This document shows positions 45,705 to 55,643 of a stretch of 57,857 nucleotides of DNA, in pieces. The position numbers and the translations under genes were made by a program. The stretch comes from a virus (Duplodnaviria; Caudoviricetes): the IMG/VR virus record IMGVR_UViG_3300043607_000048, positions 1 to 57,857 of that record; one strand, written 5' to 3'. Below the pieces are notes generated by a model. That model saw nothing but the letters and a program-made list of their open reading frames with translations. It had not been told where the DNA came from and made no database searches. Position 1 is the first letter of the stretch. Each line of letters begins with the position of its first letter.

Positions 45705-45709
45705 AATGG

Positions 45710-46681
45710 TTAGAATCCGTACATCGAATCCATCGACTCAGGATCGTAATACTGCTGGTCTGCCGCACCGCCTTGGTCCCCGTAGATGCTCGCCAAGTAA
45801 TCCGAGTCTGGAGAAGTCATGTCAGTGCCCGGCACCGCCCCACTGTTCATGTAGGTGTTGCGCCAATGCGCGTAAGGATCAATCTCCGGGCTGGTCGCTC
45901 CCCCGCCGCTCGGACCATACACCTGCGCCGGTCCATACTCCGGGCTGGTGAGCGGTGGAGTTGCAAACGCTGGACCGCCATGCACCGGCAAATTGAATCC
46001 ACCAACGGGACTGCCGCTCACTCCGGTACCGGCGCGGAGCGCATCCAAGTTTGCGCGTGCGGCGGCGGAAGGTACCGGCGCGTTTCCCAACACCTGAGCG
46101 AGATATGCCGCCTCTTGCTCCTGCCCGGGGCTGACGAGCATTGAGGAGGGATCGAACGCGGGCGCTCGCGGGACGCTTCCCATCAGCGAATTCAGCGCGC
46201 TCAATCCCTGTTGTTTCATTCCAAGCGAAGTCAACCCGAGGGAGCGGAGATAGCTCGCATTGGAAAAGGGTGACATCGGTCCCATGCCCGCCCCGGCTCC
46301 CATCTCTGCCGATTGCTGTTGCAACTGGGTGATGACGTCTTGGGGCACCTGACCGGAGAGCAACTCATTGATGTTTCCGGTGGCCGATCCAATTGACCCG
46401 CTCACTCCGGGGATTTCCGAATTCAGAGCAGAGATGACTCCCGCGCCGGAAGCGCTGCCGGTACCGGTCGCAAGGCCGTAAAGGTTTTGGAGGTTCCCGA
46501 GATTCCCGCCAATGGCTGTGCTCGCGGTCGTCGTCGGGTTGGGTACCCGGGGAACGCCGCCGTAAGCTGGATCGTAGTGGTTGGGTGATCCGGGCAGGAA
46601 AGCAGAACCGCCGCCAGTGGGGGCACCGCCGCCGCCAACACCGCCGCCGCCAAACCGAGTAATCAAATCCATTGCCGCCAT
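45710..46681 (-). CDS. Gly/Ser/Ala-rich ejection (pilot-type) protein
   Basis: Composition and position as first of the ejection trio. Confidence 0.5.
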   Translation of the reverse strand: MAAMDLITRFGGGGVGGGGAPTGGGSAFLPGSPNHYDPAYGGVPRVPNPTTTASTAIGGNLGNLQNLYGLATGTGSASGAGVISALNSEIPGVSGSIGSATGNINELLSGQVPQDVITQLQQQSAEMGAGAGMGPMSPFSNASYLRSLGLTSLGMKQQGLSALNSLMGSVPRAPAFDPSSMLVSPGQEQEAAYLAQVLGNAPVPSAAARANLDALRAGTGVSGSPVGGFNLPVHGGPAFATPPLTSPEYGPAQVYGPSGGGATSPEIDPYAHWRNTYMNSGAVPGTDMTSPDSDYLASIYGDQGGAADQQYYDPESMDSMYGF

Positions 46682-46685
46682 AAAA

Positions 46686-47750
46686 TTAAATCATGCCGAT
46701 GCGAACGCGCTCTAACCGGGCGCTACCGAAGGGAGAAAACTGGATCGCGGGATTATTCTTTCCAACGTAGTGAACGAGCTGCCCGTTCAAAAACTGGATC
46801 GCCGCTTTGTGCCGGTTGAAGGATTCCGTTTTGGCTTCCATGCCGTCAATACCCGCCATTCGCATCGACTGCCCTTCCTCAATGAGCGCCTCCAGACTTT
46901 GGATCAAAAGGTAATCGGTGTCCGTGGTCGCCGGTACCAGCTCCAGCTTCACGATTGCTCGTATGGGGATCGCTTGCGGAGTGATGCAGCCTTGGCTCAC
47001 CGGGCACGTGCAAGGGAGCGAGTTGAAGTAATAGCGTTTGTAATTCGCTACCTGCTCGCTCGGCTCCATCGTGAGGATCAAAGTTTGGGTGCCGGTGGTC
47101 GCGTCCACGGCCATGATCTGGATAGCGCCCACCGTGACATCTTTCTGGATGCCGGTCAGGCGGTTGAAAGCGTTGAGCGAAGTTGCGAACGGTGAGGCCA
47201 GCGTGACGTATTCGCCGATCACTTCATTATTTCCGTCCTGACTGTAAACCACGTTTCCGTTTTGGTCCGGGCCTTGGAACAAAACCCTTCGGGCGGATTG
47301 GATGTCGGCGGGATCGAGAGCGAACACCTGCAAATAAAACGGGAAGGTCGGCGGGTCAATGAACGCCACGGCATCATTGCGCGTGAAAGCGGTGGTCAGG
47401 CAATTGTGATTGAACTGCTGCCCGCAAATCTTCGGGAGCCTGCCGTTGCCGTAGCGGAGATACTCGTAGAACTGATTGTTTAGCTGGATGGGCCGGTTGC
47501 AGACATCAGCGAATTCGATGCGCGCCACTTCACGCGGGAGAGTCACGTAGGGCGTGAGTCGGGATGCTGTCATTAAGATTTCTGCCCATCCACCAAACCA
47601 ACCTTCGTCCCCCGCCTCCTTGGCGTAGAGCAACCGCTCTTGGACTGAGTTTACGAAATTACCAACGCTGACGACATCCTCACGGCAGAGTCCAACCAAA
47701 CCCGGACCCCTGCTCATTCGGAAATCAAAGAGTCGAAGTCTGTTAGGCAT
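46686..47750 (-). CDS. Probable head-tail adaptor (tail tubular A-like)
   Basis: Helix / beta / helix layout with TTDTDYLLI..LEAL near the end; tail-module position. Inferred. Confidence 0.45.
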   Translation of the reverse strand: MPNRLRLFDFRMSRGPGLVGLCREDVVSVGNFVNSVQERLLYAKEAGDEGWFGGWAEILMTASRLTPYVTLPREVARIEFADVCNRPIQLNNQFYEYLRYGNGRLPKICGQQFNHNCLTTAFTRNDAVAFIDPPTFPFYLQVFALDPADIQSARRVLFQGPDQNGNVVYSQDGNNEVIGEYVTLASPFATSLNAFNRLTGIQKDVTVGAIQIMAVDATTGTQTLILTMEPSEQVANYKRYYFNSLPCTCPVSQGCITPQAIPIRAIVKLELVPATTDTDYLLIQSLEALIEEGQSMRMAGIDGMEAKTESFNRHKAAIQFLNGQLVHYVGKNNPAIQFSPFGSARLERVRIGMI

Positions 47751-47783
47751 CTGATGTGTTTATCGGCTCAATGGCTAAAATAG

Positions 47784-49694
47784 TCAAAAGCTTTCGATGG
47801 TGACGCAATCCGGTCCCGCCCCAACTCCTGCGGTTCTAATGTACGTTCCTTGGGGCAAATCGCCCGTTGCTTTAACCCCTCCCCAAATGATTTGATCTGG
47901 CCCTATACCGATGCAGCGTATTTGGAACGTCCACGGATTTGAGGGTACAAAGTCCAATGAAATTCTTGGCGCGTTGTCTCCCAAAACCCCGGCGTGAATT
48001 TCAAACCCGGCGAAACTTCTAGCCGGTATGATGACTGCGGAGGGCTGAGGGCATCCAGTTCCCGAGAGCCAGTATTTAAGGTTTGCTGCGCCGGTGGTGC
48101 ATTTGACCGGCAGCGTTCCGTCCCATAACGGTTGACCGGTTTGCGGTGTGCATCCCGGGCACGCTCCAATCGCTGCCGTAAACGCGGCAAAGTCTTTTAC
48201 CCTCAGTTGTGCCGGTGCTGCCGGATCGAACACCGCCGATACCGCATTACCGGCATCTGCGCAACATGTCGCCGTCTGGTTGTTGACGATAGAGAGGAAC
48301 GTTGGGCCGGGTCCAAAGAGTTGCGTATAGGTACCGGAGGGATCAACGGGATCAACCTTGGCCAGAGTGTAAATCGCCGCCGTGACGTTGCAGAAAGAGT
48401 CAGCGATGGTCAAAAACCATGTCGCACCGTTAAATTGCAAAAAGGTTAAGCATCCCGATGCCTGCCACGCTCCAGCCGGGTAAAGCACGTTTTGATCTGC
48501 CGAAACAGCAAACCCAGCCATAGACTGACCGATGAAGTATTTGATTGGAAACCCACCGTTAAAGGAGTCCAAATCAAATATGCCATCCCATGCTGGGAAC
48601 GCTGACGGCACTGCACCGCCCAATGCCAATTCCGGTCCCCACAAAGCGACACACGTTGCCAAATCACAAATCCGGTAACCGATTTTACCAGCTACCGCTT
48701 GCGTGTATGCCTTGGAGCATGTTCGGCCCGCGCTGTCGGCAATCTGAACCGTGTAGGAGTACGAAGATGCAACGGTCGGGGTGCCGCTTAGAACGCCTGC
48801 GGTGGAGAGCGTCAAACCGGTGGGGAGCGCCCCTGATGTGGTCGTGAACGTATAAGGGCTGGTGCCGCCTGACGCTGTGAAAGTAAAGGTGAACGCGACT
48901 CCGGTGTTAGCTGACGGGATTGCGCTGTTCGTAAATCCTAGGACAAAAAGCGTGAACGACTTCACCATGAAGTTTCCACGACTGTTCACCACTCGGATGC
49001 TGAAAGCGTAATTTCCGGGCAGGGTCGGAGTACCAGACAAAAGGACCGTGGAGCCGCTTGACGATAACGTTATCCCCGGGGGCAGGCTCCCGCCAACGAT
49101 AGAGTAAGTAAACCCGGTGCCTCCGGTAACGGTAACGGTCGCGCTGAAAGGTCTGCCGACACATGCCGCCGTGTTGGAGAGTGATCCAAAGCAGACTTTC
49201 AAAATCTGCGCCTGCCGACATGCGTAGCTCAGTGCCTCCCGGTCGGCCAAGATTTGTGACTCGGCTACGAAAGCTCCAGCCGCAACCTGAAACGTGAACG
49301 ATGACCCATCTGGGCAAATCGCCGCGCATTGCTGGAGCGTGCTCAGGAAAAGAGGATCGCCTGATGGAGTCGTCGGCGTACCGGGAGTGCCGCCATCCGG
49401 TACCTGCGTGCATCGCTGGCCAAGCCGCGCAACACAAAGATCAGCCTCCTCCTGAGTAGTCCCTACGCACGTGATCACTCCGTTTTCCGTTTCACATTCA
49501 GCGCTCCAGTTGCCTCCGGGTGTCGGGCCAACGCCGCCCGGGCCAGTACCTCTGCCGGGAAGGATCGAGCCGGGACCGCTCCCGTACGCGAAGAAGTGAT
49601 TAACGTCTGGCGCTTCGGAACTGAGATTCTGGAACGGGTTAGCGTCATCCAGACACGGCGCTTTTATGGGGCAAGGCAATTTCATCGTGCGCAA
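47784..49694 (-). CDS. Cys-rich virion protein with tandem putative Ig (He_PIG) domains
   Basis: GSLPPGITLS...LSGTPT..G.Y.F and GALPTGLTLS..GVLSGTPT repeats. Confidence 0.7.
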   Translation of the reverse strand: MRTMKLPCPIKAPCLDDANPFQNLSSEAPDVNHFFAYGSGPGSILPGRGTGPGGVGPTPGGNWSAECETENGVITCVGTTQEEADLCVARLGQRCTQVPDGGTPGTPTTPSGDPLFLSTLQQCAAICPDGSSFTFQVAAGAFVAESQILADREALSYACRQAQILKVCFGSLSNTAACVGRPFSATVTVTGGTGFTYSIVGGSLPPGITLSSSGSTVLLSGTPTLPGNYAFSIRVVNSRGNFMVKSFTLFVLGFTNSAIPSANTGVAFTFTFTASGGTSPYTFTTTSGALPTGLTLSTAGVLSGTPTVASSYSYTVQIADSAGRTCSKAYTQAVAGKIGYRICDLATCVALWGPELALGGAVPSAFPAWDGIFDLDSFNGGFPIKYFIGQSMAGFAVSADQNVLYPAGAWQASGCLTFLQFNGATWFLTIADSFCNVTAAIYTLAKVDPVDPSGTYTQLFGPGPTFLSIVNNQTATCCADAGNAVSAVFDPAAPAQLRVKDFAAFTAAIGACPGCTPQTGQPLWDGTLPVKCTTGAANLKYWLSGTGCPQPSAVIIPARSFAGFEIHAGVLGDNAPRISLDFVPSNPWTFQIRCIGIGPDQIIWGGVKATGDLPQGTYIRTAGVGAGPDCVTIESF

Positions 49695-51793
49695 GGAACA
49701 TTAACATACATACCCCGTTTAAACTCGCTGGCGTGCAAAAAGAATCCGCGCACGCGGCAGCTTCCTTTGATTGTCAGACGGCACTGAAATTGGTGAGCTT
49801 CATTCGAAGGCCGATCCATCTGCGTATCACAAATCGTTGGAGGATTAGGGAAGCCGATGGTCTGCCGGTACCCAAGACCTTGCTGTTTTAGGGGTACCGG
49901 ATACTGGAGCGGAGCCGGGCAAATCGGTGGGATGTTTTCCTGACAATCCCGGGCGCTACATTCCTTCCACGCAATCCACGGGATGTAACAGGAATAGCCA
50001 TCGGGCCGGTACTCCAGTGTGAATTCTACGGTGCCAGAGAGCCGATCAATCCACAGCTCGCCCCCCTGCAACTTCTTCATGGAGAAATCGTCACCCCAGT
50101 TGAACGCCGGGAATTCGATTTGCCACGTGATCCTTTTGTCGTCTGTCTCCACTAATCCAGCCTGCGTGAATTCCCAAAGCCAAATTCCGCCGTCCACACT
50201 GGACACGATAATTGCAAACGCTCTTTGCAATCCGCCAAAGTCGGCGGTGAACATCTGGAGTACCTGCAACCCCTCGTAGTGCCCCTCCCACACGGAAGCC
50301 AAATTGCTTTTCGGTTCATTGAGCGGCGTGAAGTCGAGCGGGAGGATCGCATCGTGGACGACTCCCTGACTGATCCGGCGCGGCAGCGCGCTCTGGAGCA
50401 TCCGGTTATTGAATTCGATACCTGTCGCAAACGAGAGTAGCGCCCGGTCGTTGAACTGGATGATTCGGTTTTCAGGATTGGAGATGGGCGTATTGCCGGG
50501 CTGTCCAAAATAACGAGTGGCGATGATCAGGCTCCGCACGCTCGGCTCCAGCGCTTGGTAATAAAGATCACCATTGACCGGCACCACACACCGATCCCCG
50601 GTTGCTCCGTTGGTGAGCTGCACAACCGTTTGCAGAGGAGCGTTGGTGGAGTTGGCGTTAATCCAGTCAGCGCGACTCACCGGCACTTTCAAAGAGTAAA
50701 TCTGTTTTCGAGTGGAGATGTAGAGCAACCCCTGCCCCAGTGACGCATCCAAATTGGCGGTGTGAGCGAGCGCCCGGATATTCCCGCCGTCGCTGGGAAT
50801 GTGGAAGCCGTCCCCGCCAAGCGCCAGCGGGTTCTCTGTCACCTTCAAAATCGAGTCCGTGAAATTATACGGCTTGGTCCCGGAGCTGGTGTTGCCAACG
50901 ATGTCTCCAGCGGTGTACGTGCGCTGATCCCCGAACACGTACCAAATGCGCTGCATGTAGTAATCCATCGCGTAACCGGCAGGCAGCTCTGAAACCTTCG
51001 GCGGTGCGGTCGCCACGGTGATCAAAACCAAATCCTGATTTGCAGCGCTCACCGCATACGCGGCATTGTTCGCGGAAGTCATCGTCATGGTCACCAATGT
51101 TCCCGCCACGGTGTTGACCAAGAATTGTCCCGTTTGCAAAGTCGTGCCGTGGTTCTGAATCACTACAGTGCTGCCCACTGGTGGGGTGGTCGTCCAGTTG
51201 AGCGCGAGCGTACCGCCCAACGCCGGTACAACAAAACTCGGCTGGTTGTTGGTGCTGATAATCTGCGGGCCTGAGTTTGGGCTGGAGTTGGGGATGAGTC
51301 CGTTTGATCGCCTGAGGGTCGTGCCGTCCCAAAACAAAGGCAGCGTCACGCCGTCGCCAGCTTGAATGACAAGGAATTGCTCTCCCTGACAAAAGTAACC
51401 GTGATCGACGTTGGTTGGATTCTTCAACCCGGATGCCGCGCTGAGATTGGTCGGCGCTGATCCATCCGGGAGCGCTTTATAGATCACTCCTCCCACCGAA
51501 AATATAAAGTAAGGATTGCCGTCCAGTGGTCGGTAAAGGAAGCCGCCTTGGTAGCCGATCGTACTCACAAGGGCTGGGTCCAGTATCCCGATAAGCTTGT
51601 AGAGCTGGAGCCATGCCGCACGCGGCTCAATGCCTCCATCCCGCACGCTGCCGTTGATAAGCCAAGCCAATTGATCACGCCGCAAGCCGTTGGGGTTTGC
51701 CTGAGTCGCTACCGTGGTCGGCTTTAGCGAGTCAACCCCACCTTGGAAATTGAGGGAGCCATCGGTTTTTATTGGCGAGCCGTTGTCTGCCAT
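49682..51793 (-). CDS. Tail nozzle / stabilisation protein (P22 gp10 / T7 gp12-like)
   Basis: 703 aa, beta-rich; N-terminal F.GG..S...L.N...R.G...R pattern and terminal FQCRLTIKG. Confidence 0.6.
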   Translation of the reverse strand: MADNGSPIKTDGSLNFQGGVDSLKPTTVATQANPNGLRRDQLAWLINGSVRDGGIEPRAAWLQLYKLIGILDPALVSTIGYQGGFLYRPLDGNPYFIFSVGGVIYKALPDGSAPTNLSAASGLKNPTNVDHGYFCQGEQFLVIQAGDGVTLPLFWDGTTLRRSNGLIPNSSPNSGPQIISTNNQPSFVVPALGGTLALNWTTTPPVGSTVVIQNHGTTLQTGQFLVNTVAGTLVTMTMTSANNAAYAVSAANQDLVLITVATAPPKVSELPAGYAMDYYMQRIWYVFGDQRTYTAGDIVGNTSSGTKPYNFTDSILKVTENPLALGGDGFHIPSDGGNIRALAHTANLDASLGQGLLYISTRKQIYSLKVPVSRADWINANSTNAPLQTVVQLTNGATGDRCVVPVNGDLYYQALEPSVRSLIIATRYFGQPGNTPISNPENRIIQFNDRALLSFATGIEFNNRMLQSALPRRISQGVVHDAILPLDFTPLNEPKSNLASVWEGHYEGLQVLQMFTADFGGLQRAFAIIVSSVDGGIWLWEFTQAGLVETDDKRITWQIEFPAFNWGDDFSMKKLQGGELWIDRLSGTVEFTLEYRPDGYSCYIPWIAWKECSARDCQENIPPICPAPLQYPVPLKQQGLGYRQTIGFPNPPTICDTQMDRPSNEAHQFQCRLTIKGSCRVRGFFLHASEFKRGMYVNVPCAR

Positions 51794-51873
51794 CTTGAAT
51801 GTGCTGTACCCTTATCGTTAGATTCCCACAAGTGAAAACGAATCGTAAAGGTTTCCCAAAATCCGGTCCCAAT

Positions 51874-53739
51874 ATGGAAAAGCCCGGTTCCGGCAGAAAG
51901 ATAGAGCTTTACGGTCTTTGGTGGAGAGAAGAAGCGCACCCGGTCAGCATCGAGCTGGCGATGATCGCAAAGGGAGGCGAGTGGGAAAAAGCGCTTGGTG
52001 GGAAAGCGGGCCGGGGCAACCTTTTCCATTACAAAAAGGCTATCGAACTGATTTGGCCAGACATCAAACAGCATCGCTGGTTTGAGTTGTTCCTGAGCAA
52101 CTGGCTAACCCACAAATACGTGGGCGTGATGGGGCCAAAGAATTCCGGCAAGTCAGCGTGTGCGGCCATCTTCCATTTGGTGGACTATTACGCGTTCCCC
52201 ACCTGCACAACGGTTTTGATTTGCTCCACTACCAAGGAGCGGCTGGAGGATCGCATTTGGGGCGACATCAAAAAGCATCACGGATTGGCGCTCCGAAGGT
52301 TCCGATGGTTGCCCGGGCATTTGATTGAGGGACGTCAACGGCTGGTAACCGATGACCGGGATCAGGACGATGACGGCGCGGGCAGGGATTTCAGAAACGG
52401 CATGATGGGTGTGCCGTGCAAAAAGGGAAATCAGTTCGTCGGCGTCGGCGACTTTCAAGGGATCAAAAACAAACGCGTGCGGCTCTGTGGTGATGAGCTG
52501 GGCGCGCTGCCCAAGACGTTCATTGACGCTATCGCCACGCTGGATGAGCAAGGTGACACCAAAGTAACCGGCATGGGCAACCCGGCGCAAACCACTGACG
52601 CGCTCGGAATCCTCTGCGAGCCGCATGTCTCCATTGGCGGCTGGGAAGGCGGCATAGATCAGACTCCAAAAACCAAAGTGTGGCGCACGCGATTTGAGGG
52701 AGGCATCTGCATCCAGCTCCCCGGCTCCGACAGTCCCAACATGGACGCTGATCCCGCCGATCCGGTTCCGTTCCCGTTCCTCATTACGCGCAAGCAAATG
52801 GAGAACGATGCTTTGACGTGGGGCAAAGACGACTGGCATTACACGATGTTCAACGAGGGCCGGATGCCCCGGGGTCAAGGTAGCCGCCGCGTCATCACTC
52901 GCCAGCTCTGCCTCAAGCACGGCGCGATGGAGGCACCCATCTGGAAGGATTCGAACCGCACCAAGATCACGGCGCTGGATGCCGCGTATCGTTCTGTCGG
53001 CGGTGATCGTTGCGTGTTCCTGACAATTGAGTTTGGAGAAGAAGCGGAGTCGGAGCCGGGCGAAATGTTGCTGGAGTCCATCATCAGCCAGACAAATCCC
53101 AACCGGGAGAAGCGGCAAATAATGGCGCTCCTGAACGTGGAGATTATACCGATCAAGGCCAGCGACTTCGAATCCCCTGAGGATCAAATCGTCATGTACG
53201 TGCGCAAGCAGCATGAGCTGATGAACCTGCCGCCAGAGAATCATTTCTTTGACGCGGGCATGAAGACTTCACTGGTAAGCGCGTTCGCACGTGACTGGTC
53301 CCCAATGGTCAACTCTATCGACTTCGGCGGGAAACCCACTGAGCGGCAGGTGTCCTCTGACATTGACGTGAGCTGCCGGGACTACTACTCCAAATTCGTG
53401 ACGGAGCTGTGGTACAGCGTTCGCCTGATCATCGAGGCTGGCCAATTCCGGTCCATGACCGAAGACGTGATGCTGGAAGGCTGCGCCCGGGAATGGAAGA
53501 CGGTCGGCGCGAACAAGATCGAAGTCGAAACCAAGGAGGAGATGAAGTTAAAGACGGGCCGATCCCCGGATTTGTTTGACGCGCTCGTTTGCGCCGTGGA
53601 GGGTGCGCGCCAGAAAGGTTTCAAGATTCAACGCATCTCCAATAAGGAACACCGGGAAATTGATCACCGTTGGAAATCCGAGATGCGGGACAAAGCCCGG
53701 GCCTGCTGGAAGTCTGGATCACTCAACCACAAACCCTAA
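51874..53739 (+). CDS. terL: Terminase large subunit
   Basis: Walker A GPKNSGKS, Walker B LCGDE, motif III GMGNP, RNase H-like ALDAA..GGD and RSPDLFDA; probable ATG at 51874. Confidence 0.88.
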   Translation: MEKPGSGRKIELYGLWWREEAHPVSIELAMIAKGGEWEKALGGKAGRGNLFHYKKAIELIWPDIKQHRWFELFLSNWLTHKYVGVMGPKNSGKSACAAIFHLVDYYAFPTCTTVLICSTTKERLEDRIWGDIKKHHGLALRRFRWLPGHLIEGRQRLVTDDRDQDDDGAGRDFRNGMMGVPCKKGNQFVGVGDFQGIKNKRVRLCGDELGALPKTFIDAIATLDEQGDTKVTGMGNPAQTTDALGILCEPHVSIGGWEGGIDQTPKTKVWRTRFEGGICIQLPGSDSPNMDADPADPVPFPFLITRKQMENDALTWGKDDWHYTMFNEGRMPRGQGSRRVITRQLCLKHGAMEAPIWKDSNRTKITALDAAYRSVGGDRCVFLTIEFGEEAESEPGEMLLESIISQTNPNREKRQIMALLNVEIIPIKASDFESPEDQIVMYVRKQHELMNLPPENHFFDAGMKTSLVSAFARDWSPMVNSIDFGGKPTERQVSSDIDVSCRDYYSKFVTELWYSVRLIIEAGQFRSMTEDVMLEGCAREWKTVGANKIEVETKEEMKLKTGRSPDLFDALVCAVEGARQKGFKIQRISNKEHREIDHRWKSEMRDKARACWKSGSLNHKP

Positions 53740-54416
53740 TCACGGTGCTCAATGCCCGTGACGTTATCCCATCGCTGATCCCGGAGGTAAAAGGTAGGGA
53801 GCGGATTTTGCGTCGGCCAATTCGTGTCGGTAGTCCACTGCTTGAAGTTTGGAGACGACTGTAGAGAGTACATCCCTGCGTTGCTTTGCAGCCGGTAGAA
53901 AGCAGTCGGCAGATCGGCAATGTAGGTGCTGTTGGTTTCCCAATTGTCATTGGTTCGGGCGCTCACTCCCATGCTGATGAAGTTGGTCCGGGGTTGTGGC
54001 CAGCGCACGACTGGCGACATCTGGCTCTCCCATCCATCGGTCGCAACTATGGACACGGCAAACTCGTAAAAGCCCGGGTGCCAGAGATTGCTCACCGTTG
54101 CCCAAGTATTGGTGGTGAGGATATTGGTGTAGAAGCTCGGCAGCATGTTGCTGCGCACGTGGAGCGAGTAAGTGAATCCCGGAGATGACTGCCAAGCCAG
54201 AGTGATGTGGTAAGGTCCAAACCACGGCGGTCGAACTATAACGAGCGGTGCTGCCGTAGGTACCGGCGGCATCAAAACCGTATTGGTGGGAGCAACCTTT
54301 TTTGGAGCCGGTATTTTCTTAATCTGGTTCGCTTGGTCCCGTGGAGAACGAATGACCGCACCAGTAAGAACCAGTGCGGCCATAGCGAGACTAACGATTG
54401 CGGTGCGTCGGAACAA
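53736..54416 (-). CDS. Secreted or membrane-anchored FN3-like protein
   Basis: Signal-like N-terminus; ITLAW..S...Y...VSNL...YEFAV...G.ES..S; tail FYRL..LQSSPNFKQW. Confidence 0.6.
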   Translation of the reverse strand: MFRRTAIVSLAMAALVLTGAVIRSPRDQANQIKKIPAPKKVAPTNTVLMPPVPTAAPLVIVRPPWFGPYHITLAWQSSPGFTYSLHVRSNMLPSFYTNILTTNTWATVSNLWHPGFYEFAVSIVATDGWESQMSPVVRWPQPRTNFISMGVSARTNDNWETNSTYIADLPTAFYRLQSNAGMYSLQSSPNFKQWTTDTNWPTQNPLPTFYLRDQRWDNVTGIEHRD

Positions 54417-54417
54417 T

Positions 54418-54816
54418 TTACGGCGTCGGTGTTGGGGTCGGGAGGTCGGGGATCAAATCGTCCACGACTTGCGCCTGAGCTTTGACTGCCGCCACAGCGT
54501 CAACAAGTTCCTGACTGGGCGTGCCGCCAGCGGCAATGACCGCTTCCAAATCCGTGATTTTCTGCAACGCCACTGCCTGAGCTTCTTCCAGCGCTTTGAT
54601 TTCAGCGGCGGTTTTCTGTTGCTGCGCTAGCACAGCCTTTAGGTCGGCGGCTAATTCTGTTTGAGTTGCCATGAGTCTTTTCTCCATTTCGTGAAGGTCG
54701 AATTTAGTTGCCAAGCCTGAATGTGCCTTCACCCAATCATGCTCACGCTCCCGTTGCTCCCTGCCCCTCTCTAATTCGTGGACAAGACGGGAAATTGATT
54801 CAATCAAACGATCCAT
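54418..54816 (-). CDS. Coiled-coil protein
   Basis: Heptad-rich Ala/Leu/Gln helix. Confidence 0.55.
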   Translation of the reverse strand: MDRLIESISRLVHELERGREQREREHDWVKAHSGLATKFDLHEMEKRLMATQTELAADLKAVLAQQQKTAAEIKALEEAQAVALQKITDLEAVIAAGGTPSQELVDAVAAVKAQAQVVDDLIPDLPTPTPTP

Positions 54817-54819
54817 GCC

Positions 54820-54999
54820 TTACGGGATCAACACCCGCATGTTCCGGTTTACGGTGATCGTCGCCCAAGGCGATGACACGGTAACGGAAACGGCATTCGT
54901 GTCTTTCCCCAAAGCTTCAACGAGTTTGGTGATGTTTGTAGTGGAGCAACCGCACAGTACGATCGCGGCAGCGATTATGAGGGCACATTTTGTTTTCAC
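54820..54999 (-). CDS. Small lipoprotein, possibly o-spanin-like (not in ORF track)
   Basis: MKTKCALIIAAAIVLCGCSTTNITKLVEALGKD...; lipobox LCGC; TTGCCA promoter-like site upstream. Confidence 0.6.
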   Translation of the reverse strand: MKTKCALIIAAAIVLCGCSTTNITKLVEALGKDTNAVSVTVSSPWATITVNRNMRVLIP

Positions 55000-55038
55000 G
55001 GCGTTTACTTATGACCTATCCCGCGCCCGTGGCAAGAG

Positions 55039-55239
55039 CTATTCTTTAGCCTTCCACTTCCTAACAATACTCCAAAATGACGCCAATCCAACAGCGATGC
55101 CCACAACTAGGGATGCGTCCTTCAGCCATGCCTCTATATTTTGCTGGGAGATTACCGATCCCATTGTGACAGAGCCAATACCCACAGCCCCTTTTATCAG
55201 CGCCGTTTTCATGTCACGATTGTGAAGGAAGTTTGTCAT
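55039..55239 (-). CDS. Putative holin
   Basis: Small, two hydrophobic segments, basic C-terminus RKWKAKE. Confidence 0.55.
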   Translation of the reverse strand: MTNFLHNRDMKTALIKGAVGIGSVTMGSVISQQNIEAWLKDASLVVGIAVGLASFWSIVRKWKAKE

Positions 55240-55297
55240 CGGTCAAATTTATCGGGCTTTCTCAGACCGCACAGTAGGGTTTTACCTTAGTTGGTGC

Positions 55298-55630
55298 TTA
55301 CCCGTATACGACTACCTCAACCGGCGTGTTCGACAATTCGCCATCCGATAAATTGCCGTCTTTGTCCTGCGTAACCAAAATCAGCGTGTCGTTGTCCTGA
55401 CGGTAAAGGGTTACGAGCATCCCGGGTTCTTGCCATCCATCAACAGTGCTCCCGGCATTGCACATCAGGAAAGTTTTTTCAGCCGGGAACGCAGCCGATT
55501 TTTTTCCCGAATAATGCCCTTGTGATTCTCGGACCCAAAGGATTCCGACGATGCCGTCTTCAAGCACTGTGACTTCCGGGTTAGCGATGGAGTTTTGGCT
55601 AATGAGAGCGCGATATTTTTTGGTGTTCAT
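55298..55630 (-). CDS. Small beta-rich structural protein
   Basis: KKYRALISQ...P...VLE...W.R...G.Y...PVEVVVY; follows the fibre gene. Confidence 0.5.
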   Translation of the reverse strand: MNTKKYRALISQNSIANPEVTVLEDGIVGILWVRESQGHYSGKKSAAFPAEKTFLMCNAGSTVDGWQEPGMLVTLYRQDNDTLILVTQDKDGNLSDGELSNTPVEVVVYG

Positions 55631-55643
55631 TTAATAGGTTTAC

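Noticed and set aside
52153-53244. 363-aa minus-strand ORF
   Set aside because: Antisense shadow of terL.
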